This document shows positions 13,969 through 27,792 of a stretch of DNA of 64,000 nucleotides, piece after piece. The stretch is from assembly GCA_965112735.1 (NCBI GenBank), contig OZ218963.1, forward strand, positions 992,001 through 1,056,000, given 5' to 3'. The DNA is from Phaeosaccion multiseriatum. Taxonomy: Eukaryota; Protista; Ochrophyta, other classes. Numbering within the stretch: position 1 is the stretch's first letter; the number at the start of each line of letters is the position of its first letter. A model generated the notes under the pieces. It did no database searches, was not told the origin of the DNA, and was given only the letters and a program-made list of their open reading frames with translations. The position numbers and the translations under genes were made by a program.

Positions 13969-14609
13969 ACTCATTAGCTCAATCACTCACTAAGGAATTC
14001 CTCCATAATTGATTCATCCCCGCCTCCCTCTCTTCCTCCCCCTTTCCCTCCTTCCCTCCCTCCCTCCCTCCCTCCCTCCCTCCCTCCCTCCCTCCCTCCC
14101 TCCCTCCCTCCCTCCCTCCCTCCCTCCCTCCCTCCCTCCCTCCCTCCCTCCCTCCCTCCCTCCCTCCCTCCCTCCCTCCTCCCTCCCTCCCTCCCTCCCT
14201 CCCTCCCTCCCTCCCTCCCTCCCTCCCTCCCTCCCTCCCTCCCTCCCTCCCTCCCTCCCTCCCTCCCTCCCTCCCTCCCTCCCTCCCTCCCTCCCTCCCT
14301 CCCTCCCTCCCTCCCTCCCTCCCTCCCTCCCTCCCTCCCTCCCTCCCTCCCTCCCTCCCTCCCTCCCTCCCTCCCTCCCTCCCTCCCTCCCTCCCTCCCT
14401 CCCTCCCTCCCTCCCTCCTTCCCTCCCTGCCCCACTCACTCACTCACTCACTCACTCACTCACTCACTCCCTCACTCACTCACTCACTCACTCACTCACT
14501 CACTCACTCACTCAAATATTGCTGCGAGAAAATTATTGTAGTTCCATCCTATCTGTAGGCGACAGCGCATGTCGTTTTACATGCGCATGTCCTTTTACAG
14601 CATACTGAG
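13969..14609. repeat. (CCCT)n/(ACTC)n tract with a fragment of the composite-element cargo
   Basis: Pure CCCT run at about 14050-14420. CTATCTGTAGGCGACAGCGCATGTCGTTTTACA at about 14549-14581 matches about 12427-12492 and about 51042-51107. Confidence 0.85.
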
Positions 14610-17586
14610 GCCGGTCATCGGCTCGGCACAGCGGGCCCAACTGAGATACTACATTGCCACAACAGCGTCAAGTCGGGCTTCAAATGGGCTCAAAAAGGCC
14701 TAAAGCCCGCATCTGTGGACCACGCACAGCCCGAACGACACGGTTGCTGGCCACAACAAACCCGCGTTGCGCATCGGCTCAGCACAGCGGGCCCAACTGA
14801 GATACTCCATGGCCACAATAGCGTCAAGTCGGGCCTCCGATGGGCCCAAAGTGCCAAACCTGGCTCTTCGCTGGGCTCAAGAGACCCAAAGCCGGCATTT
14901 GTGGGCCAAACGCAGCCCGAACGACGCGACTGCTGGCACAAACCTACCCGTACCGGTCATCGGCTCGGCACATCAGGCCCAACTGAGATACTACATTGCC
15001 ACAACAGCGTCAAGTCGGGCTTCAAATGGGCTCAAAAAGGCCTAAAGCCCGCATCTGTGGACCACGCACAGCCCGAACGACACGGTTGCTGGCCACAACA
15101 AACCCGCGTTGCGCATCGGCTCATCACAGCAGGCCCAACTGAGATACTGCATGGCCACAACAGCGTCAAGTCGGGCCTCCGATGGGCCCAACGTGCCAAA
15201 CCTGGCTCTTCGCTGGGCTCAAGAGACCCAAAGCCGGCATTTGTGGGCAAAACGCAGCCCGAACGACGCGACTGCTGGCACCAACCTACCCGTGCCGGTC
15301 AACAGCTCGGCACAACAGGCCCAACTGAGATACTACATTGCCACAACAGCGTCAAGTCGGGCTTCAAATGGGCTCAAAAAGGCCTAAAGCCCGCATCTGT
15401 GGACCACGCACAGCCCGAACGACACGGTTGCTGGCCACAACAAACACGCGTTGCGCATCGGCTCATCACAGCAGGCCCAACTGAGATACTCCATGGCCAC
15501 AACAGCGTCAAGTCGGGCCTCCGATGGGCCCAAAGTGCCCAACCTGGCTCTTCGCTGGGCTCAAGAGGCCCAAAGCCGGCATTTGTGGGCCAAACGCAGC
15601 CCGAACGACGCGACTGCTGGCACCAACCTACCCGTGCCGTCCTTCGGCTCGGCACAACAGGCCCAACTGAGATACTACATCGCCACAACAGCGTCAAGTC
15701 GGGCTTCAAATGGGCTCAAAAAGGCCTAAAGCCCGCATCTGTGGACCACGCACAGCCCGAACGACACGGTTGCTGGCCACAACAAACCCGCGTTGCGCAT
15801 CGGCTCATCACAGCAGGCCCAACTGAGATACTGCATGGCCACAACAGCGTCAAGTCGGGCCTCCGATGGGCCCAACGTGCCAAACCTGGCTCTTCGCTGG
15901 GCTCAAGAGACCCAAAGCCGGCATTTGTGGGCCAAACGCAGCCCGAACGACGCGACTGCTGGCACAAACCTACCCGTACCGGTCATCGGCTCGGCACATC
16001 AGGCCCAACTGAGATACTACATTGCCACAACAGCGTCAAGTCGGGCTTCAAATGGGCTCAAAAAGGCCTAAAGCCCGCATCTGTGGACCACGCACAGCCC
16101 GAACGACACGGTTGCTGGCCACAACAAACCCGCGTTGCGCATCGGCTCATCACAGCAGGCCCAACTGAGATACTGCATGGCCACAACAGCGTCAAGTCGG
16201 GCCTCCGATGGGCCCAACGTGCCAAACCTGGCTCTTCGCTGGGCTCAAGAGACCCAAAGCCGGCATTTGTGGGCCAAACGCAGCCCGAACGACGCGACTG
16301 CTGGCACAAACCTACCCGTACCGGTCATCGGCTCGGCACATCAGGCCCAACTGAGATACTACATTGCCACAACAGCGTCAAGTCGGGCTTCAAATGGGCT
16401 CAAAAAGGCCTAAAGCCCGCATCTGTGGACCACGCACAGCCCGAACGACACGGTTGCTGGCCACAACAAACCCGCGTTGCGCATCGGCTCATCACAGCAG
16501 GCCCAACTGAGATACTGCATGGCCACAACAGCGTCAAGTCGGGCCTCCGATGGGCCCAACGTGCCAAACCTGGCTCTTCGCTGGGCTCAAGAGACCCAAA
16601 GCCGGCATTTGTGGGCAAAACGCAGCCCGAACGACGCGACTGCTGGCACCAACCTACCCGTGCCGGTCAACAGCTCGGCACAACAGGCCCAACTGAGATA
16701 CTACATCGCCACAACAGCGTCAAGTCGGGCTTCAAATGGGCTCAAAAAGGCCTAAAGCCCGCATCTGTGGACCACGCACAGCCCGAACGACACGGTTGCT
16801 GGCCACAACAAACCCGCGTTGCGCATCGGCTCATCACAGCAGGCCCAACTGAGATACTGCATGGCCACAACAGCGTCAAGTCGGGCCTCCGATGGGCCCA
16901 ACGTGCCAAACCTGGCTCTTCGCTGGGCTCAAGAGACCCAAAGCCGGCATTTGTGGGCCAAACGCAGCCCGAACGACGCGACTGCTGGCACAAACCTACC
17001 CATGCCGTCCATCGGCTCGGCACAACAGGCCCAACTGAGATACTACATCGCCACAACAGCGTCAAGTCGGGCTTCAAATGGGCTCAAAAAGGCCTGAAGC
17101 CCGCATCTGTGGACCACGCACAGCCCGAACGACACGGTTGCTGGCCACAACAAACCCGCGTTGCGCATCGGCTCATCACAGCAGGCCCAACTGAGATACT
17201 GCATGGCCACAACAGCGTCAAGTCGGGCCTCCGATGGGCCCAACGTGCCAAACCTGGCTCTTCGCTGGGCTCAAGAGACCCAAAGCCGGCATTTGTGGGC
17301 AAAACGCAGCCCGAACGACGCGACTGCTGGCACCAACCTACCCGTGCCGGTCATCGGCTCGGCACAACAGGCCCAACTGAGATACTACATTGCCACAACA
17401 GCGTCAAGTCGGGCTTCAAATGGGCTCAAAAAGGCCTAAAGCCCGCATCTGTGGACCACGCACAGCCCGAACGACACGGTTGCTGGCCACAACAAACCCG
17501 CGTTGCGCATCGGCTCAGCACAGCAGGCCCAACTGAGATACTCCATGGCCACAATAGCGTCAAGTCGGGCCTCCGATGGGCCCAAC

Positions 17587-19120
17587 TTGCCGCTCCACAC
17601 GCAAACTCGAGGCGCCAACCACGATCAAAGGGCTCTCCGGTTCCTTCCAACAGCCCGAATAGCTGCCTTCGCATCCATGCTGCCACCTTTGACGCTCGTA
17701 CTATTTGCTTTGCGGTTGCTGTTTGTCCTGAGAGCTGAGCCTCCATCGGACCCCCCCCCTCCCCCTCCCATGCGTTCGAGATGGTGAGGGAGGTACAGCT
17801 GTAGTCCGTCTCCTTCCCTTCGCCGCTCCTCGGCCCGATATGTCTCTCGGATGTAGCTGCCGGAGGTGAGCCGTGCGAGCTCCCGTATCGAAGGTCAGCT
17901 ACGCCCCCACCCATCCAGAGAGACTGCAGGCAAGCTCAGTGGCGACCACGTACGCCTCTTTCTGGCCATACTGCTGTTGTAGGTGGGAGACACTCCAACA
18001 ACAAGGGAGGTACACTTAAACACGCAGACGTACACAAACATTCGCAGGCACACAGATATAGACAAAGGCACAATACAGGGACACCAGCACCCACAAACGC
18101 ACACTAGCACACACAGACGCAGACCAGCACACACAGATACAAACACACATCGTGTGTAGGGGCAGTGACCACGGCTGCTGTTGCCTAGGACTGCCCCGCC
18201 CGCCGTTGAGGGCCGGAATGGCGAGGGATGAGCCGCTGTTGTCACCGCGCGCAGAGCCAGCCTCCTTTGCGGAGGAGGCGCATATTCGCACGCCAAACAC
18301 AGGAAATACGCACCCTACACACAGAAACACCGTCTGGACATACACACACAAACATACAGACAAACACCTGGAAGAGCTAAGGGGCCTGCCGTCACCCGGG
18401 AGCCCCTTTCGTCTCGTAAAAAGACAAAAAATGCCGTGGACCACACCCCCCAAACCTTGGGCCACGGGAGAGAGGAGAGGGCGGAGAGATGAGTAGGGCG
18501 TCGGCCTCAACACCGGACGCGGATCCTACGGCGATACCAGCAAGGAAGAAAGGGCGAAGAGGGCAAAAGGCGCCGGCACTCAACACCGGGGAGGCGGTCG
18601 GCACTCAACACCAGACACCGCTCCTAAGCCGTAGAGCCCCACAACACCGGCAAAGGGAAAGAAAAGAAGAGTTCCGGCACTCAACACCGTGGACACTGTC
18701 GGCACTCAACACCAGACACAGTCTCCCTATCTCTCCTTCCCTCGCCCACGAGGACCCCGGCACTCAACACCAGGCGGGTCCCCTTGGCCGACACAAGCGC
18801 TCTGTCCGGGCCCAGGACAAGAGGCTCGCTTTCCACCACACCAGTATCTACTCTCCTCCTTGACAGTGTGCTCCACTCTTCCTGGGCTCTGTCTCCGCCG
18901 CCTCAGTAAGTGACAGCACACGCCAAGGTCTCTCCTCTTCTGAAAAATCTAAAATCCCTGCTTCACTGACATACTGTACATCTCCCCAGAGGGGACCCCC
19001 CCCCTTGGGGCGGTACCAAGCACCTACGCTGACGCTTCGCCCTGCTGGCTCCCATGTCTCCCACCTCTTCCTCGTCTCTGTTCCGCGAGAAACACAGTTC
19101 CGTTGCTGCGCTGCTGAACA
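17587..19120. repeat. 1534-bp spacer element in satellite, copy 1
   Basis: Near-identical to 26259-27792 and 29118-30651 with identical junctions; mosaic homology to 31655-35566. Confidence 0.9.
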
Positions 19121-22100
19121 GGCTTTTGTGGGCCAAACGCAGCCCGAACGACGCGACTGCTGGCACCAACCTACCCGTGCCGGTCATCGGCTCGGCACAA
19201 CAGGCCCAACTGAGATACTACATTGCCACAACAGCGTCAAGTCGGGCTTCAAATGGGCTCAAAAAGGCCTAAAGCCCGCATCTGTGGACCACGCACAGCC
19301 CGAACGACACGGTTGCTGGCCACAACAAACCCGCGTTGCGCATCGGCTCAGCACAGCAGGCCCAACTGAGATACTCCATGGCCACAATAGCGTCAAGTCG
19401 GGCCTCCGATGGGCCCAACGTGCCAAACCTGGCTCTTCGCTGGGCTCAAGAGGCCCAAAGCCGGCATTTGTGGGCCAAACGCAGCCCGAACGACGCGACT
19501 GCTGGCACAAACCTACCCGTACCGGTCATCGGCTCGGCACATCAGGCCCAACTGAGATACTACATTGCCACAACAGCGTCAAGTCGGGCTTCAAATGGGC
19601 TCAAAAAGGCCTAAAGCCCGCATCTGTGGACCACGCACAGCCCGAACGACACGGTTGCTGGCCACAACAAACCCGCGTTGCGCATCGGCTCATCACAGCA
19701 GGCCCAACTGAGATACTGCATGGCCACAACAGCGTCAAGTCGGGCCTCCGATGGGCCCAACGTGCCAAACCTGGCTCTTCGCTGGGCTCAAGAGACCCAA
19801 AGCCGGCATTTGTGGGCAAAACGCAGCCCGAACGACGCGACTGCTGGCACCAACCTACCCGTGCCGGTCAACAGCTCGGCACAACAGGCCCAACTGAGAT
19901 ACTACATTGCCACAACAGCGTCAAGTCGGGCTTCAAATGGGCTCAAAAAGGCCTAAAGCCCGCATCTGTGGACCACGCACAGCCCGAACGACACGGTTGC
20001 TGGCCACAACAAACCCGCGTTGCGCATCGGCTCATCACAGCAGGCCCAACTGAGATACTCCATGGCCACTACAGCGTCAAGTCGGGCCTCCGATGGGCCC
20101 AAAGTGCCCAACCTGGCTCTTCGCTGGGCTCAAGAGGCCCAAAGCCGGCATTTGTGGGCCAAACGCAGCCCGAACGACGCGACTGCTGGCACCAACCTAC
20201 CCGTGCCGTCCTTCGGCTCGGCACAACAGGCCCAACTGAGATACTACATCGCCACAACAGCGTCAAGTCGGGCTTCAAATGGGCTCAAAAAGGCCTAAAG
20301 CCCGCATCTGTGGACCACGCACAGCCCGAACGACACGGTTGCTGGCCACAACAAACCCGCGTTGCGCATCGGCTCATCACAGCAGGCCCAACTGAGATAC
20401 TGCATGGCCACAACAGCGTCAAGTCGGGCCTCCGATGGGCCCAACGTGCCAAACCTGGCTCTTCGCTGGGCTCAAGAGACCCAAAGCCGGCATTTGTGGG
20501 CCAAACGCAGCCCGAACGACGCGACTGCTGGCACAAACCTACCCGTACCGGTCATCGGCTCGGCACATCAGGCCCAACTGAGATACTACATTGCCACAAC
20601 AGCGTCAAGTCGGGCTTCAAATGGGCTCAAAAAGGCCTAAAGCCCGCATCTGTGGACCACGCACAGCCCGAACGACACGGTTGCTGGCCACAACAAACCC
20701 GCGTTGCGCATCGGCTCATCACAGCAGGCCCAACTGAGATACTGCATGGCCACAACAGCGTCAAGTCGGGCCTCCGATGGGCCCAACGTGCCAAACCTGG
20801 CTCTTCGCTGGGCTCAAGAGACCCAAAGCCGGCATTTGTGGGCCAAACGCAGCCCGAACGACGCGACTGCTGGCACAAACCTACCCGTACCGGTCATCGG
20901 CTCGGCACATCAGGCCCAACTGAGATACTACATTGCCACAACAGCGTCAAGTCGGGCTTCAAATGGGCTCAAAAAGGCCTAAAGCCCGCATCTGTGGACC
21001 ACGCACAGCCCGAACGACACGGTTGCTGGCCACAACAAACCCGCGTTGCGCATCGGCTCATCACAGCAGGCCCAACTGAGATACTGCATGGCCACAACAG
21101 CGTCAAGTCGGGCCTCCGATGGGCCCAACGTGCCAAACCTGGCTCTTCGCTGGGCTCAAGAGACCCAAAGCCGGCATTTGTGGGCCAAACGCAGCCCGAA
21201 CGACGCGACTGCTGGCACAAACCTACCCATGCCGTCCATCGGCTCGGCACAATAGGCCCAACTGAGATACTACATCGCCACAACAGCGTCAAGTCGGGCT
21301 TCAAATGGGCTCAAAAAGGCCTGAAGCCCGCATCTGTGGACCACGCACAGCCCGAACGACACGGTTGCTGGCCACAACAAACCCGCGTTGCGCATCGGCT
21401 CATCACAGCAGGCCCAACTGAGATACTGCATGGCCACAACAGCGTCAAGTCGGGCCTCCGATGGGCCCAACGTGCCAAACCTGGCTCTTCGCTGGGCTCA
21501 AGAGACCCAAAGCCGGCATTTGTGGGCCAAACGCAGCCCGAACGACGCGACTGCTGGCACCAACCTACCCGTGCCGGTCATCGGCTCGGCACAACAGGCC
21601 CAACTGAGATACTACATTGCCACAACAGCGTCAAGTCGGGCTTCAAATGGGCTCAAAAAGGCCTAAAGCCCGCATCTGTGGACCACGCACAGCCCGAACG
21701 ACACGGTTGCTGGCCACAACAAACCCGCGTTGCGCATCGGCTCAGCACAGCAGGCCCAACTGAGATACTCCATGGCCACAATAGCGTCAAGTCGGGCCTC
21801 CGATGGGCCCAACGTGCCAAACCTGGCTCTTCGCTGGGCTCAAGAGGCCCAAAGCCGGCATTTGTGGGCCAAACGCAGCCCGAACGACGCGACTGCTGGC
21901 ACAAACCTACCCGTACCGGTCATCGGCTCGGCACATCAGGCCCAACTGAGATACTACATTGCCACAACAGCGTCAAGTCGGGCTTCAAATGGGCTCAAAA
22001 AGGCCTAAAGCCCGCATCTGTGGACCACGCACAGCCCGAACGACACGGTTGCTGGCCACAACAAACCCGCGTTGCGCATCGGCTCATCACAGCAGGCCCA

Positions 22101-25100
22101 ACTGAGATACTGCATGGCCACAACAGCGTCAAGTCGGGCCTCCGATGGGCCCAACGTGCCAAACCTGGCTCTTCGCTGGGCTCAAGAGACCCAAAGCCGG
22201 CATTTGTGGGCAAAACGCAGCCCGAACGACGCGACTGCTGGCACCAACCTACCCGTGCCGGTCAACAGCTCGGCACAACAGGCCCAACTGAGATACTACA
22301 TTGCCACAACAGCGTCAAGTCGGGCTTCAAATGGGCTCAAAAAGGCCTAAAGCCCGCATCTGTGGACCACGCACAGCCCGAACGACACGGTTGCTGGCCA
22401 CAACAAACCCGCGTTGCGCATCGGCTCATCACAGCAGGCCCAACTGAGATACTCCATGGCCACAACAGCGTCAAGTCGGGCCTCCGATGGGCCCAAAGTG
22501 CCCAACCTGGCTCTTCGCTGGGCTCAAGAGGCCCAAAGCCGGCATTTGTGGGCCAAACGCAGCCCGAACGACGCGACTGCTGGCACCAACCTACCCGTGC
22601 CGTCCTTCGGCTCGGCACAACAGGCCCAACTGAGATACTACATCGCCACAACAGCGTCAAGTCGGGCTTCAAATGGGCTCAAAAAGGCCTAAAGCCCGCA
22701 TCTGTGGACCACGCACAGCCCGAACGACACGGTTGCTGGCCACAACAAACCCGCGTTGCGCATCGGCTCATCACAGCAGGCCCAACTGAGATACTGCATG
22801 GCCACAACAGCGTCAAGTCGGGCCTCCGATGGGCCCAACGTGCCAAACCTGGCTCTTCGCTGGGCTCAAGAGACCCAAAGCCGGCATTTGTGGGCCAAAC
22901 GCAGCCCGAACGACGCGACTGCTGGCACAAACCTACCCGTACCGGTCATCGGCTCGGCACATCAGGCCCAACTGAGATACTACATTGCCACAACAGCGTC
23001 AAGTCGGGCTTCAAATGGGCTCAAAAGGCCTAAAGCCCGCATCTGTGGACCACGCACAGCCCGAACGACACGGTTGCTGGCCACAACAAACCCGCGTTGC
23101 GCATCGGCTCATCACAGCAGGCCCAACTGAGATACTGCATGGCCACAACAGCGTCAAGTCGGGCCTCCGATGGGCCCAACGTGCCAAACCTGGCTCTTCG
23201 CTGGGCTCAAGAGACCCAAAGCCGGCATTTGTGGGCCAAACGCAGCCCGAACGACGCGACTGCTGGCACAAACCTACCCGTACCGGTCATCGGCTCGGCA
23301 CATCAGGCCCAACTGAGATACTACATTGCCACAACAGCGTCAAGTCGGGCTTCAAATGGGCTCAAAAAGGCCTAAAGCCCGCATCTGTGGACCACGCACA
23401 GCCCGAACGACACGGTTGCTGGCCACAACAAACCCGCGTTGCGCATCGGCTCATCACAGCAGGCCCAACTGAGATACTGCATGGCCACAACAGCGTCAAG
23501 TCGGGCCTCCGATGGGCCCAACGTGCCAAACCTGGCTCTTCGCTGGGCTCAAGAGACCCAAAGCCGGCATTTGTGGGCAAAACGCAGCCCGAACGACGCG
23601 ACTGCTGGCACCAACCTACCCGTGCCGGTCAACAGCTCGGCACAACAGGCCCAACTGAGATACTACATTGCCACAACAGCGTCAAGTCGGGCTTCAAATG
23701 GGCTCAAAAAGGCCTAAAGCCCGCATCTGTGGACCACGCACAGCCCGAACGACACGGTTGCTGGCCACAACAAACCCGCGTTGCGCATCGGCTCATCACA
23801 GCAGGCCCAACTGAGATACTCCATGGCCACAACAGCGTCAAGTCGGGCCTCCGATGGGCCCAAAGTGCCCAACCTGGCTCTTCGCTGGGCTCAAGAGGCC
23901 CAAAGCCGGCATTTGTGGGCCAAACGCAGCCCGAACGACGCGACTGCTGGCACCAACCTACCCGTGCCGTCCTTCGGCTCGGCACAACAGGCCCAACTGA
24001 GATACTACATCGCCACAACAGCGTCAAGTCGGGCTTCAAATGGGCTCAAAAAGGCCTAAAGCCCGCATCTGTGGACCACGCACAGCCCGAACGACACGGT
24101 TGCTGGCCACAACAAACCCGCGTTGCGCATCGGCTCATCACAGCAGGCCCAACTGAGATACTGCATGGCCACAACAGCGTCAAGTCGGGCCTCCGATGGG
24201 CCCAACGTGCCAAACCTGGCTCTTCGCTGGGCTCAAGAGACCCAAAGCCGGCATTTGTGGGCCAAACGCAGCCCGAACGACGCGACTGCTGGCACAAACC
24301 TACCCGTACCGGTCATCGGCTCGGCACATCAGGCCCAACTGAGATACTACATTGCCACAACAGCGTCAAGTCGGGCTTCAAATGGGCTCAAAAAGGCCTA
24401 AAGCCCGCATCTGTGGACCACGCACAGCCCGAACGACACGGTTGCTGGCCACAACAAACCCGCGTTGCGCATCGGCTCATCACAGCAGGCCCAACTGAGA
24501 TACTGCATGGCCACAACAGCGTCAAGTCGGGCCTCCGATGGGCCCAACGTGCCAAACCTGGCTCTTCGCTGGGCTCAAGAGACCCAAAGCCGGCATTTGT
24601 GGGCCAAACGCAGCCCGAACGACGCGACTGCTGGCACAAACCTACCCGTACCGGTCATCGGCTCGGCACATCAGGCCCAACTGAGATACTACATTGCCAC
24701 AACAGCGTCAAGTCGGGCTTCAAATGGGCTCAAAAAGGCCTAAAGCCCGCATCTGTGGACCACGCACAGCCCGAACGACACGGTTGCTGGCCACAACAAA
24801 CCCGCGTTGCGCATCGGCTCATCACAGCAGGCCCAACTGAGATACTGCATGGCCACAACAGCGTCAAGTCGGGCCTCCGATGGGCCCAACGTGCCAAACC
24901 TGGCTCTTCGCTGGGCTCAAGAGACCCAAAGCCGGCATTTGTGGGCAAAACGCAGCCCGAACGACGCGACTGCTGGCACCAACCTACCCGTGCCGGTCAA
25001 CAGCTCGGCACAACAGGCCCAACTGAGATACTACATCGCCACAACAGCGTCAAGTCGGGCTTCAAATGGGCTCAAAAAGGCCTAAAGCCCGCATCTGTGG

Positions 25101-26258
25101 ACCACGCACAGCCCGAACGACACGGTTGCTGGCCACAACAAACCCGCGTTGCGCATCGGCTCATCACAGCAGGCCCAACTGAGATACTGCATGGCCACAA
25201 CAGCGTCAAGTCGGGCCTCCGATGGGCCCAACGTGCCAAACCTGGCTCTTCGCTGGGCTCAAGAGACCCAAAGCCGGCATTTGTGGGCCAAACGCAGCCC
25301 GAACGACGCGACTGCTGGCACAAACCTACCCATGCCGTCCATCGGCTCGGCACAACAGGCCCAACTGAGATACTACATCGCCACAACAGCGTCAAGTCGG
25401 GCTTCAAATGGGCTCAAAAAGGCCTGAAGCCCGCATCTGTGGACCACGCACAGCCCGAACGACACGGTTGCTGGCCACAACAAACCCGCGTTGCGCATCG
25501 GCTCATCACAGCAGGCCCAACTGAGATACTGCATGGCCACAACAGCGTCAAGTCGGGCCTCCGATGGGCCCAACGTGCCAAACCTGGCTCTTCGCTGGGC
25601 TCAAGAGACCCAAAGCCGGCATTTGTGGGCCAAACGCAGCCCGAACGACGCGACTGCTGGCACAAACCTACCCATGCCGTCCATCGGCTCGGCACAACAG
25701 GCCCAACTGAGATACTACATCGCCACAACAGCGTCAAGTCGGGCTTCAAATGGGCTCAAAAAGGCCTGAAGCCCGCATCTGTGGACCACGCACAGCCCGA
25801 ACGACACGGTTGCTGGCCACAACAAACCCGCGTTGCGCATCGGCTCATCACAGCAGGCCCAACTGAGATACTGCATGGCCACAACAGCGTCAAGTCGGGC
25901 CTCCGATGGGCCCAACGTGCCAAACCTGGCTCTTCGCTGGGCTCAAGAGACCCAAAGCCGGCATTTGTGGGCCAAACGCAGCCCGAACGACGCGACTGCT
26001 GGCACCAACCTACCCGTGCCGGTCATCGGCTCGGCACATCAGGCCCAACTGAGATACTACATTGCCACAACAGCGTCAAGTCGGGCTTCAAATGGGCTCA
26101 AAAAGGCCTAAAGCCCGCATCTGTGGACCACGCACAGCCCGAACGACACGGTTGCTGGCCACAACAAACCCGCGTTGCGCATCGGCTCAGCACAGCAGGC
26201 CCAACTGAGATACTCCATGGCCACAATAGCGTCAAGTCGGGCCTCCGATGGGCCCAAC

Positions 26259-27792
26259 TTGCCGCTCCACACGCAAACTCGAGGCGCCAACCACGATCAA
26301 AGGGCTCTCCGGTTCCTTCCAACAGCCCGAATAGCTGCCTTCGCATCCATGCTGCCACCTTTGACGCTCGTACTATTTGCTTTGCGGTTGCTGTTTGTCC
26401 TGAGAGCTGAGCCTCCATCGGACCCCCCCCCTCCCCCTCCCATGCGTTCGAGATGGTGAGGGAGGTACAGCTGTAGTCCGTCTCCTTCCCTTCGCCGCTC
26501 CTCGGCCCGATATGTCTCTCGGATGTAGCTGCCGGAGGTGAGCGGTGCGAGCTCCCGTATCGAAGGTCAGCTACGCCCCCACCCATCCAGAGAGACTGCA
26601 GGCAAGCTCAGTGGCGACCACGTACGCCTCTTTCTGGCCATACTGCTGTTGTAGGTGGGAGACACTCCAACAACAAGGGAGGTACACTTAAACACGCAGA
26701 CGTACACAAACATTCGCAGGCACACAGATATAGACAAAGGCACAATACAGGGACACCAGCACCCACAAACGCACACTAGCACACACAGACGCAGACCAGC
26801 ACACACAGATACAAACACACATCGTGTGTAGGGGCAGTGACCACGGCTGCTGTTGCCTAGGACTGCCCCGCCCGCCGTTGAGGGCCGGAATGGCGAGGGA
26901 TGAGCCGCTGTTGTCACCGCGCGCAGAGCCAGCCTCCTTTGCGGAGGAGGCGCATATTCGCACGCCAAACACAGGAAATACGCACCCTACACACAGAAAC
27001 ACCGTCTGGACATACACACACAAACATACAGACAAACACCTGGAAGAGCTAAGGGGCCTGCCGTCACCCGGGAGCCCCTTTCGTCTCGTAAAAAGACAAA
27101 AAATGCCGTGGACCACACCCCCCAAACCTTGGGCCACGGGAGAGAGGAGAGGGCGGAGAGATGAGTAGGGCGTCGGCCTCAACACCGGACGCGGATCCTA
27201 CGGCGATACCAGCAAGGAAGAAAGGGCGAAGAGGGCAAAAGGCGCCGGCACTCAACACCGGGGAGGCGGTCGGCACTCAACACCAGACACCGCTCCTAAG
27301 CCGTAGAGCCCCACAACACCGGCAAAGGGAAAGAAAAGAAGAGTTCCGGCACTCAACACCGTGGACACTGTCGGCACTCAACACCAGACACAGTCTCCCT
27401 ATCTCTCCTTCCCTCGCCCACGAGGACCCCGGCACTCAACACCAGGCGGGTCCCCTTGGCCGACACAAGCGCTCTGTCCGGGCCCAGGACAAGAGGCTCG
27501 CTTTCCACCACACCAGTATCTACTCTCCTCCTTGACAGTGTGCTCCACTCTTCCTGGGCTCTGTCTCCGCCGCCTCAGTAAGTGACAGCACACGCCAAGG
27601 TCTCTCCTCTTCTGAAAAATCTAAATTCCCTGCTTCACTGACATACTGTACATCTCCCCAGAGGGGACCCCCCCCCTTGGGGCGGTACCAAGCACCTACG
27701 CTGACGCTTCGCCCTGCTGGCTCCCATGTCTCCCACCTCTTCCTCGTCTCTGTTCCGCGAGAAACACAGTTCCGTTGCTGCGCTGCTGAACA
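26259..27792. repeat. 1534-bp spacer element in satellite, copy 2
   Basis: Offset 8672 bp from copy 1; only scattered substitutions seen. Confidence 0.9.

Noticed and set aside
18574-18771. CRISPR-like array
   Set aside because: Repeats are only 14 bp, spacing is irregular and partly duplicated, there are no cas genes, and the context is eukaryotic.
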